Of a stretch of 64,000 bases of DNA, positions 19,686 through 27,772 are shown piece by piece. Source of the stretch: Myxococcales bacterium. Its GTDB lineage: Bacteria; Myxococcota_A; Polyangia; GCA-2747355. How positions within the stretch are numbered: position 1 is the stretch's first letter; every line of letters begins with the position of its first letter. The position numbers and the translations under genes were made by a program. The stretch lies in the NCBI GenBank assembly GCA_020431405.1, contig JAGQIK010000493.1:7121-71120 (forward strand). Direction: 5' to 3'. The notes under the pieces were generated by a model. It saw only the letters and a list, made by a program, of their open reading frames with translations. It made no database searches and was not told the DNA's origin.

Positions 19686-19700
19686 GCAACGATTATGCCG
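19686..19700 (-). promoter_or_regulatory. Sigma-54-type -24/-12 match in front of the porin-amylase operon
   Basis: Minus strand CGGCATA-ATCG-TTGCT with GG-N10-GC spacing. The -12 C is 13 nt from GTG 19672, which implies a leaderless mRNA. No SD is visible. Confidence 0.3.
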
Positions 19701-19751
19701 GGGATATCGCGCGAGAGATCCGGCGCGATCTCAACGCCGACGCCGCGGGCG

Positions 19752-19768
19752 CGTTGCCTTTTGCAACG
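19752..19768. promoter_or_regulatory. Palindrome CGTTGC-CTTTT-GCAACG, about 60 nt upstream of the -24 element
   Basis: Perfect 6-bp arms. The same GTTGC-N5-GCAAC core recurs at 25501..25515. Confidence 0.3.
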
Positions 19769-19832
19769 GCTGCCGCGTGGGCGGCGCGCGCGAGGCGTTG
19801 CGAAAGTCGGCGCGCTGCCGCAGGCTGAAACG

Positions 19833-20636
19833 ATGCACAGGATGGTGGTTGGAGGGCTGGTTTGGGGGCTCGCTGTCGCCGTAGTCGCGGCGCCGGGCGC
19901 GGCGGCGGCAGCGCCGGTATCGAAGCAGCTGATCCGCAAGCGCTGCACCAACTACGACCGGCACGTGTTGGCGCGCGGCAAGCTCGAGATCTCGCCGGTC
20001 AGCGGTGGCCAGCACGGCTATCTGGTGACGGTCGGCAAGGGCCGCAAGCGCTCGCGCTGGTTCGCGTACTTTCACAGCAAGCGCAAGTGCCGCGCGCTGC
20101 GCATCGGGCCGACGATCCGCGGACGGCTGGGGCCGGCGGGTGCGCAGGTGCGCGTGCTGGCCGGCAAGTGGCAGAGCAACGGCGGCCCCGAGGGCTCGGA
20201 GGGCAAGGGGGTGGTGCTGTGGGATCTCGGCGGCGGCAAGTACCACGCGCTGCTCGACGGCTGCGACTACCAGCACAAGCTGACCAAGGTGTCGCTGTAT
20301 CCCGGCAAGGCCGAGACGCTGCGCGTGATCTGCTACGAGAGCAATCAGACCGACTATTCCGCGACGATCGACTTCGCGCACTGGCTCGACGCGAAGAAAC
20401 CGAGCTGGGTCTTCAGCGCGAGCATCGGCCACGGCACCAACGCGCAGAACCCGCCAGTTCGCGCGCAAGGGTGGGTGCGCATCCGCCGCCGCGGCGTGCG
20501 GCCCGTGCTGCGTTCCTACCAGGCCTACGCGACGGATTCAGGCCGCGAGAACTGGCGCGTCACGGACCACGTATGGGATCCGAAGGCGCGCAAGTTCAAG
20601 CTCAGCCCCAAGCTGCTCAAGAAGAAAGACCTCTAG
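19833..20636 (+). CDS. Secreted basic protein, unknown function
   Basis: MHRMVVGGLVWGLAVAVVAAPGAAAAA signal-like N-terminus within ORF 19623..20636. The 3' end overlaps the convergent gene by 20 nt. Confidence 0.45.
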   Translation: MHRMVVGGLVWGLAVAVVAAPGAAAAAPVSKQLIRKRCTNYDRHVLARGKLEISPVSGGQHGYLVTVGKGRKRSRWFAYFHSKRKCRALRIGPTIRGRLGPAGAQVRVLAGKWQSNGGPEGSEGKGVVLWDLGGGKYHALLDGCDYQHKLTKVSLYPGKAETLRVICYESNQTDYSATIDFAHWLDAKKPSWVFSASIGHGTNAQNPPVRAQGWVRIRRRGVRPVLRSYQAYATDSGRENWRVTDHVWDPKARKFKLSPKLLKKKDL

Positions 20637-21735
20637 CGTCCTCGCCTCGCTGCGCGTCGTCGTGGCTATGGCCATGGGTGATGTAGTGGCAGAGCAGTTG
20701 GCGCATGCCGCGCGTGTCGACCAGCCCGCGCTGGTGCCGCGGCACGTGGAAGCGCAAGTCGGCCGTGTAGTAGCCGAGGGCGAGCACGCCCTGAATCGCG
20801 TCGCTGACGGCGCGCGCCTCGTCGGGCATCCCTAGCGAATGCTCGAGACACAGCGCGACGGCCGCCACGCTGCCGACGGGGTTGATCACGCGCGGGCCAT
20901 CACCGTCGTCGAGGATCGTCTCGGCACGTGTGGGCGCGTAGAGGTCGGTGCGGCCGCCGACGGTCGCCGTACCCTGCAGGCCGAGACTGCCTGCCAGCAG
21001 CGCGGCCTGATCGCCGAGCAGCTCGCCAAGCAGCGCCGACGTGACGATGACGTCGAAGCGGCGCGGGTGCTCGAGCAGTCGGCGGCCGGCGTCGTCGAAG
21101 GCGAGATGATCGACGCGTACGTCGGCGAAGCGGCGCGCCAGGTCGTCGACCACGCTGCGCCAGCTGGGGCCCGCGCTGTCGCTCGGACCGCGGTCGACGC
21201 AGGTCAAGCGGCGGCGCCGGCGCTGGGCCATCTGAAAGGCCGTGATCGCAGAGCGGCGCGCGCGTTCGACGTCGAAGAGGGCGTCGCGTTGTGGGCTGGG
21301 CGCGGCGGGCGGGTGGACCACCAGCAGATCGACGGCGCGGGCCAGCTCGGGGCGCAGCGCCGCGATGTCGCTCGACGACGGATAGGCGTGCACCGGCCGC
21401 AGCGTGGCGCCGGCGTCGAGGTCGAGCGCGAGGTGGCTGGTGGCGCGCGCGGTGGCGGCGCGGCGCGCGTTGATCGCGTCGGCGTCGGGGTAGCTTCGCG
21501 GCACGGCGTCGCAGGCGAACGCGATGAACAGCGCGTCGACGTCACGGGCGAGCAGGCGCGTCTCTTCCGGCAGCGCGTGGCCGCGCCGCGCCTGGGCTGC
21601 GGCGCCGAAGAGCGCGTCGATCAGCGAGAGCTGGTGGCCAAAGCGCGCGGCCACGGCCTCGAGCACGCAACGCACGACGCGGAGCTGGTCACGCCCGGCG
21701 CCGTCGCCGGCGAAGAGGGCGATGCTCTTGTGCAT
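20617..21735 (-). CDS. Isocitrate/isopropylmalate dehydrogenase-family protein with degenerate active-site motifs
   Basis: The fold-level pattern is retained (IALFAGDGAGRD, DVIVTSALLGELLGDQAALLAGSLG, INPVGSVAAVALCLEHSLG). The canonical YEPxHGSAPDIAG is replaced by YAPTRAETILDDGDG. Confidence 0.62.
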   Translation of the reverse strand: MHKSIALFAGDGAGRDQLRVVRCVLEAVAARFGHQLSLIDALFGAAAQARRGHALPEETRLLARDVDALFIAFACDAVPRSYPDADAINARRAATARATSHLALDLDAGATLRPVHAYPSSSDIAALRPELARAVDLLVVHPPAAPSPQRDALFDVERARRSAITAFQMAQRRRRRLTCVDRGPSDSAGPSWRSVVDDLARRFADVRVDHLAFDDAGRRLLEHPRRFDVIVTSALLGELLGDQAALLAGSLGLQGTATVGGRTDLYAPTRAETILDDGDGPRVINPVGSVAAVALCLEHSLGMPDEARAVSDAIQGVLALGYYTADLRFHVPRHQRGLVDTRGMRQLLCHYITHGHSHDDAQRGEDARGLSS

Positions 21736-21753
21736 GGACTTTCCCCTCCCGCG

Positions 21754-24700
21754 CTAGCCGTGGGCTTGCTGTTTGGCGCCGCAGTCTGCGACATCGATAA
21801 CGACAAACGAGGCGGCGCTCTCGGGCCAGCTGGCGAGCAGCCGGCGCGCGCGCGGCGATGCGGTGGCGTCGGCGAAGCGCTGCAGCAGCTGCCGAAGCTG
21901 GGTTTTGTGTTGGCTGTCGAGCGGGCGCGGCTCGATCCAGGCCGGCAACACCTCGCGCTGCCTCGGCGAGGCGGGCAGGTAGATGCGGCCGCCCGTGATG
22001 CTGGCGGCGAAGCCGCGCGATGGCGCTGAGAGGATCAGCCCGAGGCCGCAACGCATGCCTTCGAAGGCGCGCGTGCCGACCACCTCGGCGACGAGCGTGG
22101 CGCCGGCGTTGCGCGCGCCGAAACGCTCGGCTGCGCGCCCCGCGACATAAAGCTCGCCTCCCGACGCCGCATAGCCCGCGTCGTCGCCGACGAGCAGCAG
22201 CGGCGCCGCGGCGCGCAGTCCTGCGGGTGCCGTGACGATCACGCGCGCGCCTTCGCCGAGTCGCGCGGCGGCGAGATCGCCGACGAAGCCCTGATGGCGA
22301 AGCTCCGTGTGGCGCGCCGCGAAGGCCAGCCCGGTACGCGCGGGTCCGTCGTCGGCCGCGTCGCGTGGCGGTGGCGACTGCGCTGAGCTGACAAGCGGGC
22401 GTCCGGCCACTGGCCAGGCGACCAGCAGCGGAGACAGCGCGCGCGCGAGCTGCGCGTTGCCGCCCCGCGTCGTCTGTGCGCGAACGCGCAGCAGGTCTGC
22501 GCGTCCGACGAGCTCGCTGCAGCGCCACAGGCCCAGCCGCGCGAGCACGATGCGAAGCTCGCGCGCCAGCGCGCGGCCAGCCCAGCGCCGCGGCGTCAGG
22601 CTGTCGTTGGCCGCGGAGCTGGCGTGCGCGCCATCGCCGGCCGGTCCGCGTGCCACCAGCGAGACCTCGTCGGCGCCGAGCGCGATCAACGTCGCCAGCG
22701 CGCTGCCGTCGCGCGGCGCAGCCTCGACGCGCAGCCGCAGCGACGCGCGCGCGCCGCTCTTGACGAGCCAGCGATGGGCTTCAGCGAGCGACAGCTCGAG
22801 CGCCACGCCGGCGTGCCGAACGTGATCGAGGTAGTGCTCGTCGTTGCGCCCGCCGTAGCCGGCCAAGGTGATGAGGTCGGCGCCCGCTGCTACCGCCGCC
22901 GCCAGCAGCCGGTCGAGCTCGCCGACGCACGGCAGCCGCACCTCGATCTCGGCGGCGCCCGCACGCCGTTCGATCTCGGCGAGGCGCACCACGTCGCGTG
23001 CTCCGCGTGGGTGTGGGTGATCGGTGGGCGCGACGAGATCGATGCGTCCGCGCCGCACGTTCGGCGCGCGCGAGGCGTCGCGCATGATCACCTCGCGCAT
23101 GATCGCCGTCGAGCTCTGGCGCTCGAGCCACGCTCGCTCCGCGCTAACGTTCTCGCATTGAACTAGCTCGAGTCGATCGCGCAAGAGACTAGATGACTTC
23201 GGATCGAGCTCGAGCGGCGCCGAGCCTGCAGGGTGTACGCGCTGGCGCACGTCGTGCCAAAGGTCGCCGAGCGTGCGGCCGCCGAGCCTGAAGCGCGTGC
23301 CCTCGATGAAGTAGTCGACGACGTCCTCGTCGAGGCCCACCGCATCGAAGCGCGCGGCGCCGCGATAGCCGATCACCGACGTGAGGCCGGCGTTGGCGAT
23401 GGCGCGCCGCAACGTCTCGAGCAGCGCGCGCGTGGCGCGAGCCTGCGCTTGATCGGCGGCCGCGGCGGTGCGCGCGCCGCGCCGCGCCAGCGCCAGCAGC
23501 GCGAAGGGGTAGACCGCCGTCGCGCCGTAGGCGACGAGCGCCGCCACGTCGTGGCCTTCGTGCACCTCGCCGCACTCGGCGACGACGCTGACGCTGCGGC
23601 GCAGGCCGCGCGCACTCAGCGCGCGATGCAGCGCGCCGACCAGCAGCACCATCGGCAATGGCAGCCGCTCGCTGCTGGTGACGAGGGCGTCGCTGAGCAC
23701 GATCAGCCCGCGCCCTTCGGCAGCCGCCGCCGTCGCCTGCTCGATGACCTCGTGCATGCGCTGCTTCATCGCGCGCTCGTCGGCGGTCGCGTCGCAGGTG
23801 GCGTCCACGCGACACGCTTCGTCACGCAGTGCGAAGGCGCGCCACAGCGCGGCCATGCTGCGCTCGTCGAGCAGCGGATGGGACAGGGCGACCTGCCTCC
23901 CCTGTGCCGGACCGACGAACACGTCGAGCTCGATGCCGCGTCCTTCGTCGCTGGGGTCGACGATCACGCCGGTGACGCGCTGGTGCAGAAGCTCGCTGAC
24001 GCGCGCGGTGCCGTCATCGAGCAGCGCCAGCGACGCGCGACCCGCGAGGCCTTCGATGGGCTCGGCGCCGTCCGCGACGGTGCGCGCCAAGGCCGCGCGA
24101 CGCCTCTCGCTCCAAGCGAAACGACGAAGCGCAGGCTCGTCGAGGGTCAGCCGGGCGTGGGTGCGTCGCGCGGCGGCGGCCTCGCCGAGCTCGAGCAGCG
24201 TGCTGCTGTTGTCCGATGTGGTGTGCGGCTGCGCGGCCACGTCAGCGCGGCCCGGCAGCAGCAGACGTCCGCTGCCGGTGTCGGCGACGATCATCTCGCC
24301 GGCGGCGAGCTGACCGTCGACCACCACGTCGCCCTCGTCGATGAGACCACGCACGGGCTCGCTGCTGAGCACCACGCGGCAGGTGGCGCTGCTGGCGAAG
24401 CGCAGCGTGCGCTGACCGAGGCGGTCGACGGCGCCGACCAACATCTGCCCGTCGGTTCCCGCCACCGCGGCCGGGCCCTCCCACGCGCCGAGCGCGCCGA
24501 GACGCCGACGTTCGGCGTCGTAGCGTTGCCGCGCGTCGGCATCTGCGAGCGCTGGGCGCGGCGGTGGCAGCATGAAGCGCAGCCCTTCGGCGATGTCGCG
24601 CGCCGCGCCGCTGGTCGTCAGCCGCTCGAGCGTGCGGTCGAGCATCGCGCCCGAGGTCTGCAGGCGCGCGGTCGACACGGGCCGCGGCACGGCGCCGAGG

Positions 24701-25449
24701 CTGTCGGCGAGCGCGCGCCGGTTGGCGGTTAGACTGGCCAGCGCCCCATCAAAGGCGAGCCGCTGGCCTGGGCCGAAGACCCGCCAGGCGGCCAGCGCGT
24801 CGTGTGGCTCGGCGTCGGCGCGGCAGGTGTCCACCTGCACGATCACCACGCGCGCCGCCATTCGCTCGTCGGCGAGGTCGGCGAAGCAGCCCATCAGCTC
24901 GTGCGGCGCGACCGGCGCTCGATAGCGCAGCACGCCGGGCGCCAGCGAGCCGACCACCACCTCCTCGGCGTAGCGCGCTTGCAGCGACTCGCGCGCTGCG
25001 GCCAGCGCCAGGTCGAGCTCGCCGCGCGCCCGATGCCCACGTCCGATCAGCAGCTGCTCGCACCAGCTGTGGTGCTCGCCTTCGACGACGCGCCACGCCA
25101 GCGCCGCCAAGCCCTCGGCGCGCAGCAGCCGCGAGGCCGCATCGCGAACGTCGCGTGCCGCCGACGGCGTGAGCGACGCATCCGCGACCAAGGTACAGAT
25201 CGCGAGGCGCTCGTCCGGCTCGCCTTCGAGGCGCGTTTCGAAGAGCGCCGCCATCTCGCGCGGCCCGAGCGCGAGCAGCACGCCGCACTCGGCATGGCCG
25301 GCGCCTACGCGCACCTGGCTCGCCGCAGCGAGCGCTTCGCGCACCAAGCGCGGCGATGCCGGCGCGGTCAGCTCGGCGATGGCGACGATACCGCTGCTAT
25401 CTAGATGACGCTCGCTCACGCGAGGCGAGCTGAGCAAGATGCAGGCCAC
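21754..25449 (-). CDS. Glutamate synthase large-subunit (GltB)-like protein, 1231 aa, with catalytic and cofactor motifs degenerate
   Basis: GTG start. Central-domain pattern LIVLSDA...LVGALHRALSARGLRRSVSVVAECGEVHEGHDVAALVAYGATAVYPF. GXGXG-type C-terminal domain GDDAGYAASGGELYVAGRAAERFGARNAGATLV...ITGGRIYL. ITLAGYGGRNDE stands in place of ISGHDGGTGAS. Confidence 0.72.
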   Translation of the reverse strand: MACILLSSPRVSERHLDSSGIVAIAELTAPASPRLVREALAAASQVRVGAGHAECGVLLALGPREMAALFETRLEGEPDERLAICTLVADASLTPSAARDVRDAASRLLRAEGLAALAWRVVEGEHHSWCEQLLIGRGHRARGELDLALAAARESLQARYAEEVVVGSLAPGVLRYRAPVAPHELMGCFADLADERMAARVVIVQVDTCRADAEPHDALAAWRVFGPGQRLAFDGALASLTANRRALADSLGAVPRPVSTARLQTSGAMLDRTLERLTTSGAARDIAEGLRFMLPPPRPALADADARQRYDAERRRLGALGAWEGPAAVAGTDGQMLVGAVDRLGQRTLRFASSATCRVVLSSEPVRGLIDEGDVVVDGQLAAGEMIVADTGSGRLLLPGRADVAAQPHTTSDNSSTLLELGEAAAARRTHARLTLDEPALRRFAWSERRRAALARTVADGAEPIEGLAGRASLALLDDGTARVSELLHQRVTGVIVDPSDEGRGIELDVFVGPAQGRQVALSHPLLDERSMAALWRAFALRDEACRVDATCDATADERAMKQRMHEVIEQATAAAAEGRGLIVLSDALVTSSERLPLPMVLLVGALHRALSARGLRRSVSVVAECGEVHEGHDVAALVAYGATAVYPFALLALARRGARTAAAADQAQARATRALLETLRRAIANAGLTSVIGYRGAARFDAVGLDEDVVDYFIEGTRFRLGGRTLGDLWHDVRQRVHPAGSAPLELDPKSSSLLRDRLELVQCENVSAERAWLERQSSTAIMREVIMRDASRAPNVRRGRIDLVAPTDHPHPRGARDVVRLAEIERRAGAAEIEVRLPCVGELDRLLAAAVAAGADLITLAGYGGRNDEHYLDHVRHAGVALELSLAEAHRWLVKSGARASLRLRVEAAPRDGSALATLIALGADEVSLVARGPAGDGAHASSAANDSLTPRRWAGRALARELRIVLARLGLWRCSELVGRADLLRVRAQTTRGGNAQLARALSPLLVAWPVAGRPLVSSAQSPPPRDAADDGPARTGLAFAARHTELRHQGFVGDLAAARLGEGARVIVTAPAGLRAAAPLLLVGDDAGYAASGGELYVAGRAAERFGARNAGATLVAEVVGTRAFEGMRCGLGLILSAPSRGFAASITGGRIYLPASPRQREVLPAWIEPRPLDSQHKTQLRQLLQRFADATASPRARRLLASWPESAASFVVIDVADCGAKQQAHG

Positions 25450-25500
25450 GGGAGCCTAGCGGCGAAGCCGTGGGATATCGCGGGTAGGTGCGGCGTGCGT

Positions 25501-25515
25501 GTTGCGATGTGCAAC
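25501..25515. promoter_or_regulatory. Palindrome GTTGC-GATGT-GCAAC, about 60 nt upstream of the GltB-like start
   Basis: Perfect 5-bp arms with the same core and spacing as 19753..19767. Confidence 0.25.
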
Positions 25516-25651
25516 GTGTACGAGGAACGAGCGCGCGTTCCCGCACGGCTGTCTCGCGATGGATACGCTTGTTGATGTAACAACCGCGCCGTGCTGCGGT
25601 CACGTTCGCAGCGCCGAGGCACGAGAGTTCGGTGGATTGGAGCGCCGCAGG

Positions 25652-25747
25652 CTTGCGGCGCGACCGCGAGCGTAGCGAGCGACATCGGGGGTGAGGCGGC
25701 GACGAGCCGCCTCTAGCCGCCGAGGGGGGCTGGGACAGCCCCCCTAG
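25652..25747. repeat. Intergenic structured repeat, copy A (three stem-loops; second copy at 62917..63001)
   Basis: Hairpins at 25652-25670, 25693-25713 and 25724-25744 (loop GGGAC). The linear core GCGACCGCGAGCGTAGCGAGCGACATCGGGGGTGAG is nearly identical in copy B. Confidence 0.8.
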
Positions 25748-25767
25748 AGATGACTCTGGGCGTCGGG

Positions 25768-25785
25768 CAAGCGCGAATGCGCTTG
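25768..25785 (-). terminator. Hairpin immediately after the atpE stop (CAAGCGC-GAAT-GCGCTTG)
   Basis: 7-bp stem 9 nt downstream of the stop at 25794. No T-run. Confidence 0.35.
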
Positions 25786-25793
25786 TTCGACGA

Positions 25794-26126
<333 letters not shown>

Positions 26127-26182
26127 TTTCAGAAGCTCCTCGCAGGCGCCGCATGGCTGCGACACAGCGTTGTTAGCGACGG

Positions 26183-26959
26183 CTAGTGCTCTTCGTGAGC
26201 CATCGCTTGGTCGATATAGATCATGCTGAGCAGGGTGAAGACCAGCGTCTGCACCACGCAGACGAGGATGCCCAGCACGTAAAACGGCAGCGGAACCAAG
26301 ATCGGCACCAGCAGGAAGAAGGTGCCGAGGACCTTGTGGTCGGCGAACATGTTGCCGAGCAGACGCAGCGACAGCGAGATCGGCCGGATCAGGTGGCTGA
26401 TGATCTCGATCGGCAGGATCAGCGGCGTGAGCCACCAGATCGGCCCCAGGAAGTGCTTGAAGTAGCTCATCCCGCTTTCTTTGACGCCGACGATGTGCGT
26501 CATGAAGAAGACCAGCAGCGCGATGCCGAAGTTGGTCTTGAGCGTATCGGTGGCCGGAACCATGCCGGGCACCAGGCCGATGATGTTGTTGAAGAGGATG
26601 AAGAAGACCAGCGTGCCGAGCAGCGGCAGAAACTTCTCCGCCTTCTCGCGCCCCATCACGCCTTCGCCGATGGACAGCGTGGCGTCGATGATCAGCTCGA
26701 ACAGGTTGCGCACGCCGAAGCGCGACTCTGGCACCAAGCGGTCGTCGCGGCTCGCCGCCACGCGGCGCCGGTAGGAGAGGCCGAGCAGCGTCAGCAGCAG
26801 CACCACGACCACACCGATGACCACGTGGATCATGGTGAAGTGCGTGCGGCCGAGACCGACCACCTCGAGCTTCCAGTGCCGCTCGAGGTATTTGCCTGCC
26901 CATTCCTGCAGGTTCCAGTAAGCCGGGATCAGGTGGATCCAGGTGGTGTGCTCACCCAT
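26183..26959 (-). CDS. atpB: F0 ATP synthase subunit a
   Basis: IRPISLSLRLLGNMFADH (essential Arg motif), multi-pass hydrophobic profile. Confidence 0.9.
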   Translation of the reverse strand: MGEHTTWIHLIPAYWNLQEWAGKYLERHWKLEVVGLGRTHFTMIHVVIGVVVVLLLTLLGLSYRRRVAASRDDRLVPESRFGVRNLFELIIDATLSIGEGVMGREKAEKFLPLLGTLVFFILFNNIIGLVPGMVPATDTLKTNFGIALLVFFMTHIVGVKESGMSYFKHFLGPIWWLTPLILPIEIISHLIRPISLSLRLLGNMFADHKVLGTFFLLVPILVPLPFYVLGILVCVVQTLVFTLLSMIYIDQAMAHEEH

Positions 26960-26967
26960 CGATTACC

Positions 26968-27405
26968 TCACGGCTCCTCGGCCCCGCGAGAGGAGGGCTC
27001 GGGCTCTGACGCCGCGCGTAGGACAAGCCGCAGGCCTTCGACGAAGATAGAAAAGACGACCAGCGAGACGCCGATCAGCAGCGCGGTGCCGGACAGCGGC
27101 ACGAAGCGCATCACGATGAACAGCGCCGTGCCCATCAAGCCGAACTTGAGCATCAGCAGCATCACCAGGCCGCTGCGCTTGGGCGCGCCGTCGGGGTTGT
27201 TCTTGAGGATGCCGCTCATCAGCCAGCGCAACGCGTAGAAGTTGGCGCTGCCGAGCATGCCGCCCACCAGCAGACCGAGCGTCACGTCAGCGGTGGTGAT
27301 GAAGAGCGAGATCAGCGTCGCCGTCGCGGTCAGCACCAGCGCCAATCGCTCGACGATCATCGTCGGTCGCTTGGCTGGCAGGCTGTCTTGACGCGGCTCG
27401 GTCAT
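26968..27405 (-). CDS. atpI: ATP synthase protein I-like small membrane protein
   Basis: Position upstream of atpB. Four hydrophobic segments. ATG 27405 overlaps the previous stop (ATGA). The ORF is open further upstream, but that part looks non-coding. Confidence 0.55.
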   Translation of the reverse strand: MTEPRQDSLPAKRPTMIVERLALVLTATATLISLFITTADVTLGLLVGGMLGSANFYALRWLMSGILKNNPDGAPKRSGLVMLLMLKFGLMGTALFIVMRFVPLSGTALLIGVSLVVFSIFVEGLRLVLRAASEPEPSSRGAEEP

Positions 27406-27644
27406 TTTTCCGATTGCTGGTCGCTGCTCTCGTCGTCGTTTTCGCGGGCTTCCCGAAGTCCCATCTGCGCCACCCGGACAATCGCTCGTACCGCCACCGC
27501 GATGCCCAGACCAAGACCGCCCAGCAGGTACGCTGTCTTGTGCCCGTAGCGCTCGCCAAGCCACCACCCTGCCGCCGTACAGACCCCGATAGCGATCCCC
27601 ATCTCGAGCCCGACCGCGCTGTAACGCATGGCACTGCGCCACAT
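27402..27644 (-). CDS. AtpZ/AtpR-like small membrane protein (F0F1-ATPase 'gene 1' family)
   Basis: Two TM segments YSAVGLEMGIAIGVCTAAGWWLG / LLGGLGLGIAVAVRAIV. It is the first gene of the atp F0 cluster. Confidence 0.55.
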   Translation of the reverse strand: MWRSAMRYSAVGLEMGIAIGVCTAAGWWLGERYGHKTAYLLGGLGLGIAVAVRAIVRVAQMGLREARENDDESSDQQSEK

Positions 27645-27688
27645 TTTCTTGGCGTCGGGATCGATAAAGCCCCCCTACAACGCCGCGC

Positions 27689-27718
27689 TGGATAGCACAC
27701 GGGTTGTCGTCTGGTCAA
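27689..27718 (-). promoter_or_regulatory. Sigma-70-like promoter candidate for the atp F0 cluster (TTGACC-N18-TATCCA)
   Basis: Read on the minus strand between the hemL stop and the atpZ-like start. The -10 is weak. Confidence 0.3.
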
Positions 27719-27772
27719 CGCGTTGCGTAATAAAACGCGGGCCGATCAGGAAGGGCTGTTTTTGTTGTTATA

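Noticed and set aside
25397-25685. Short ORFs 25397..25603(-) and 25416..25685(-) in the gap between the GltB-like gene and atpE.
   Set aside because: They overlap the structured repeat and palindromes and have no SD or coding-like composition. I treat the region as regulatory or repeat DNA.
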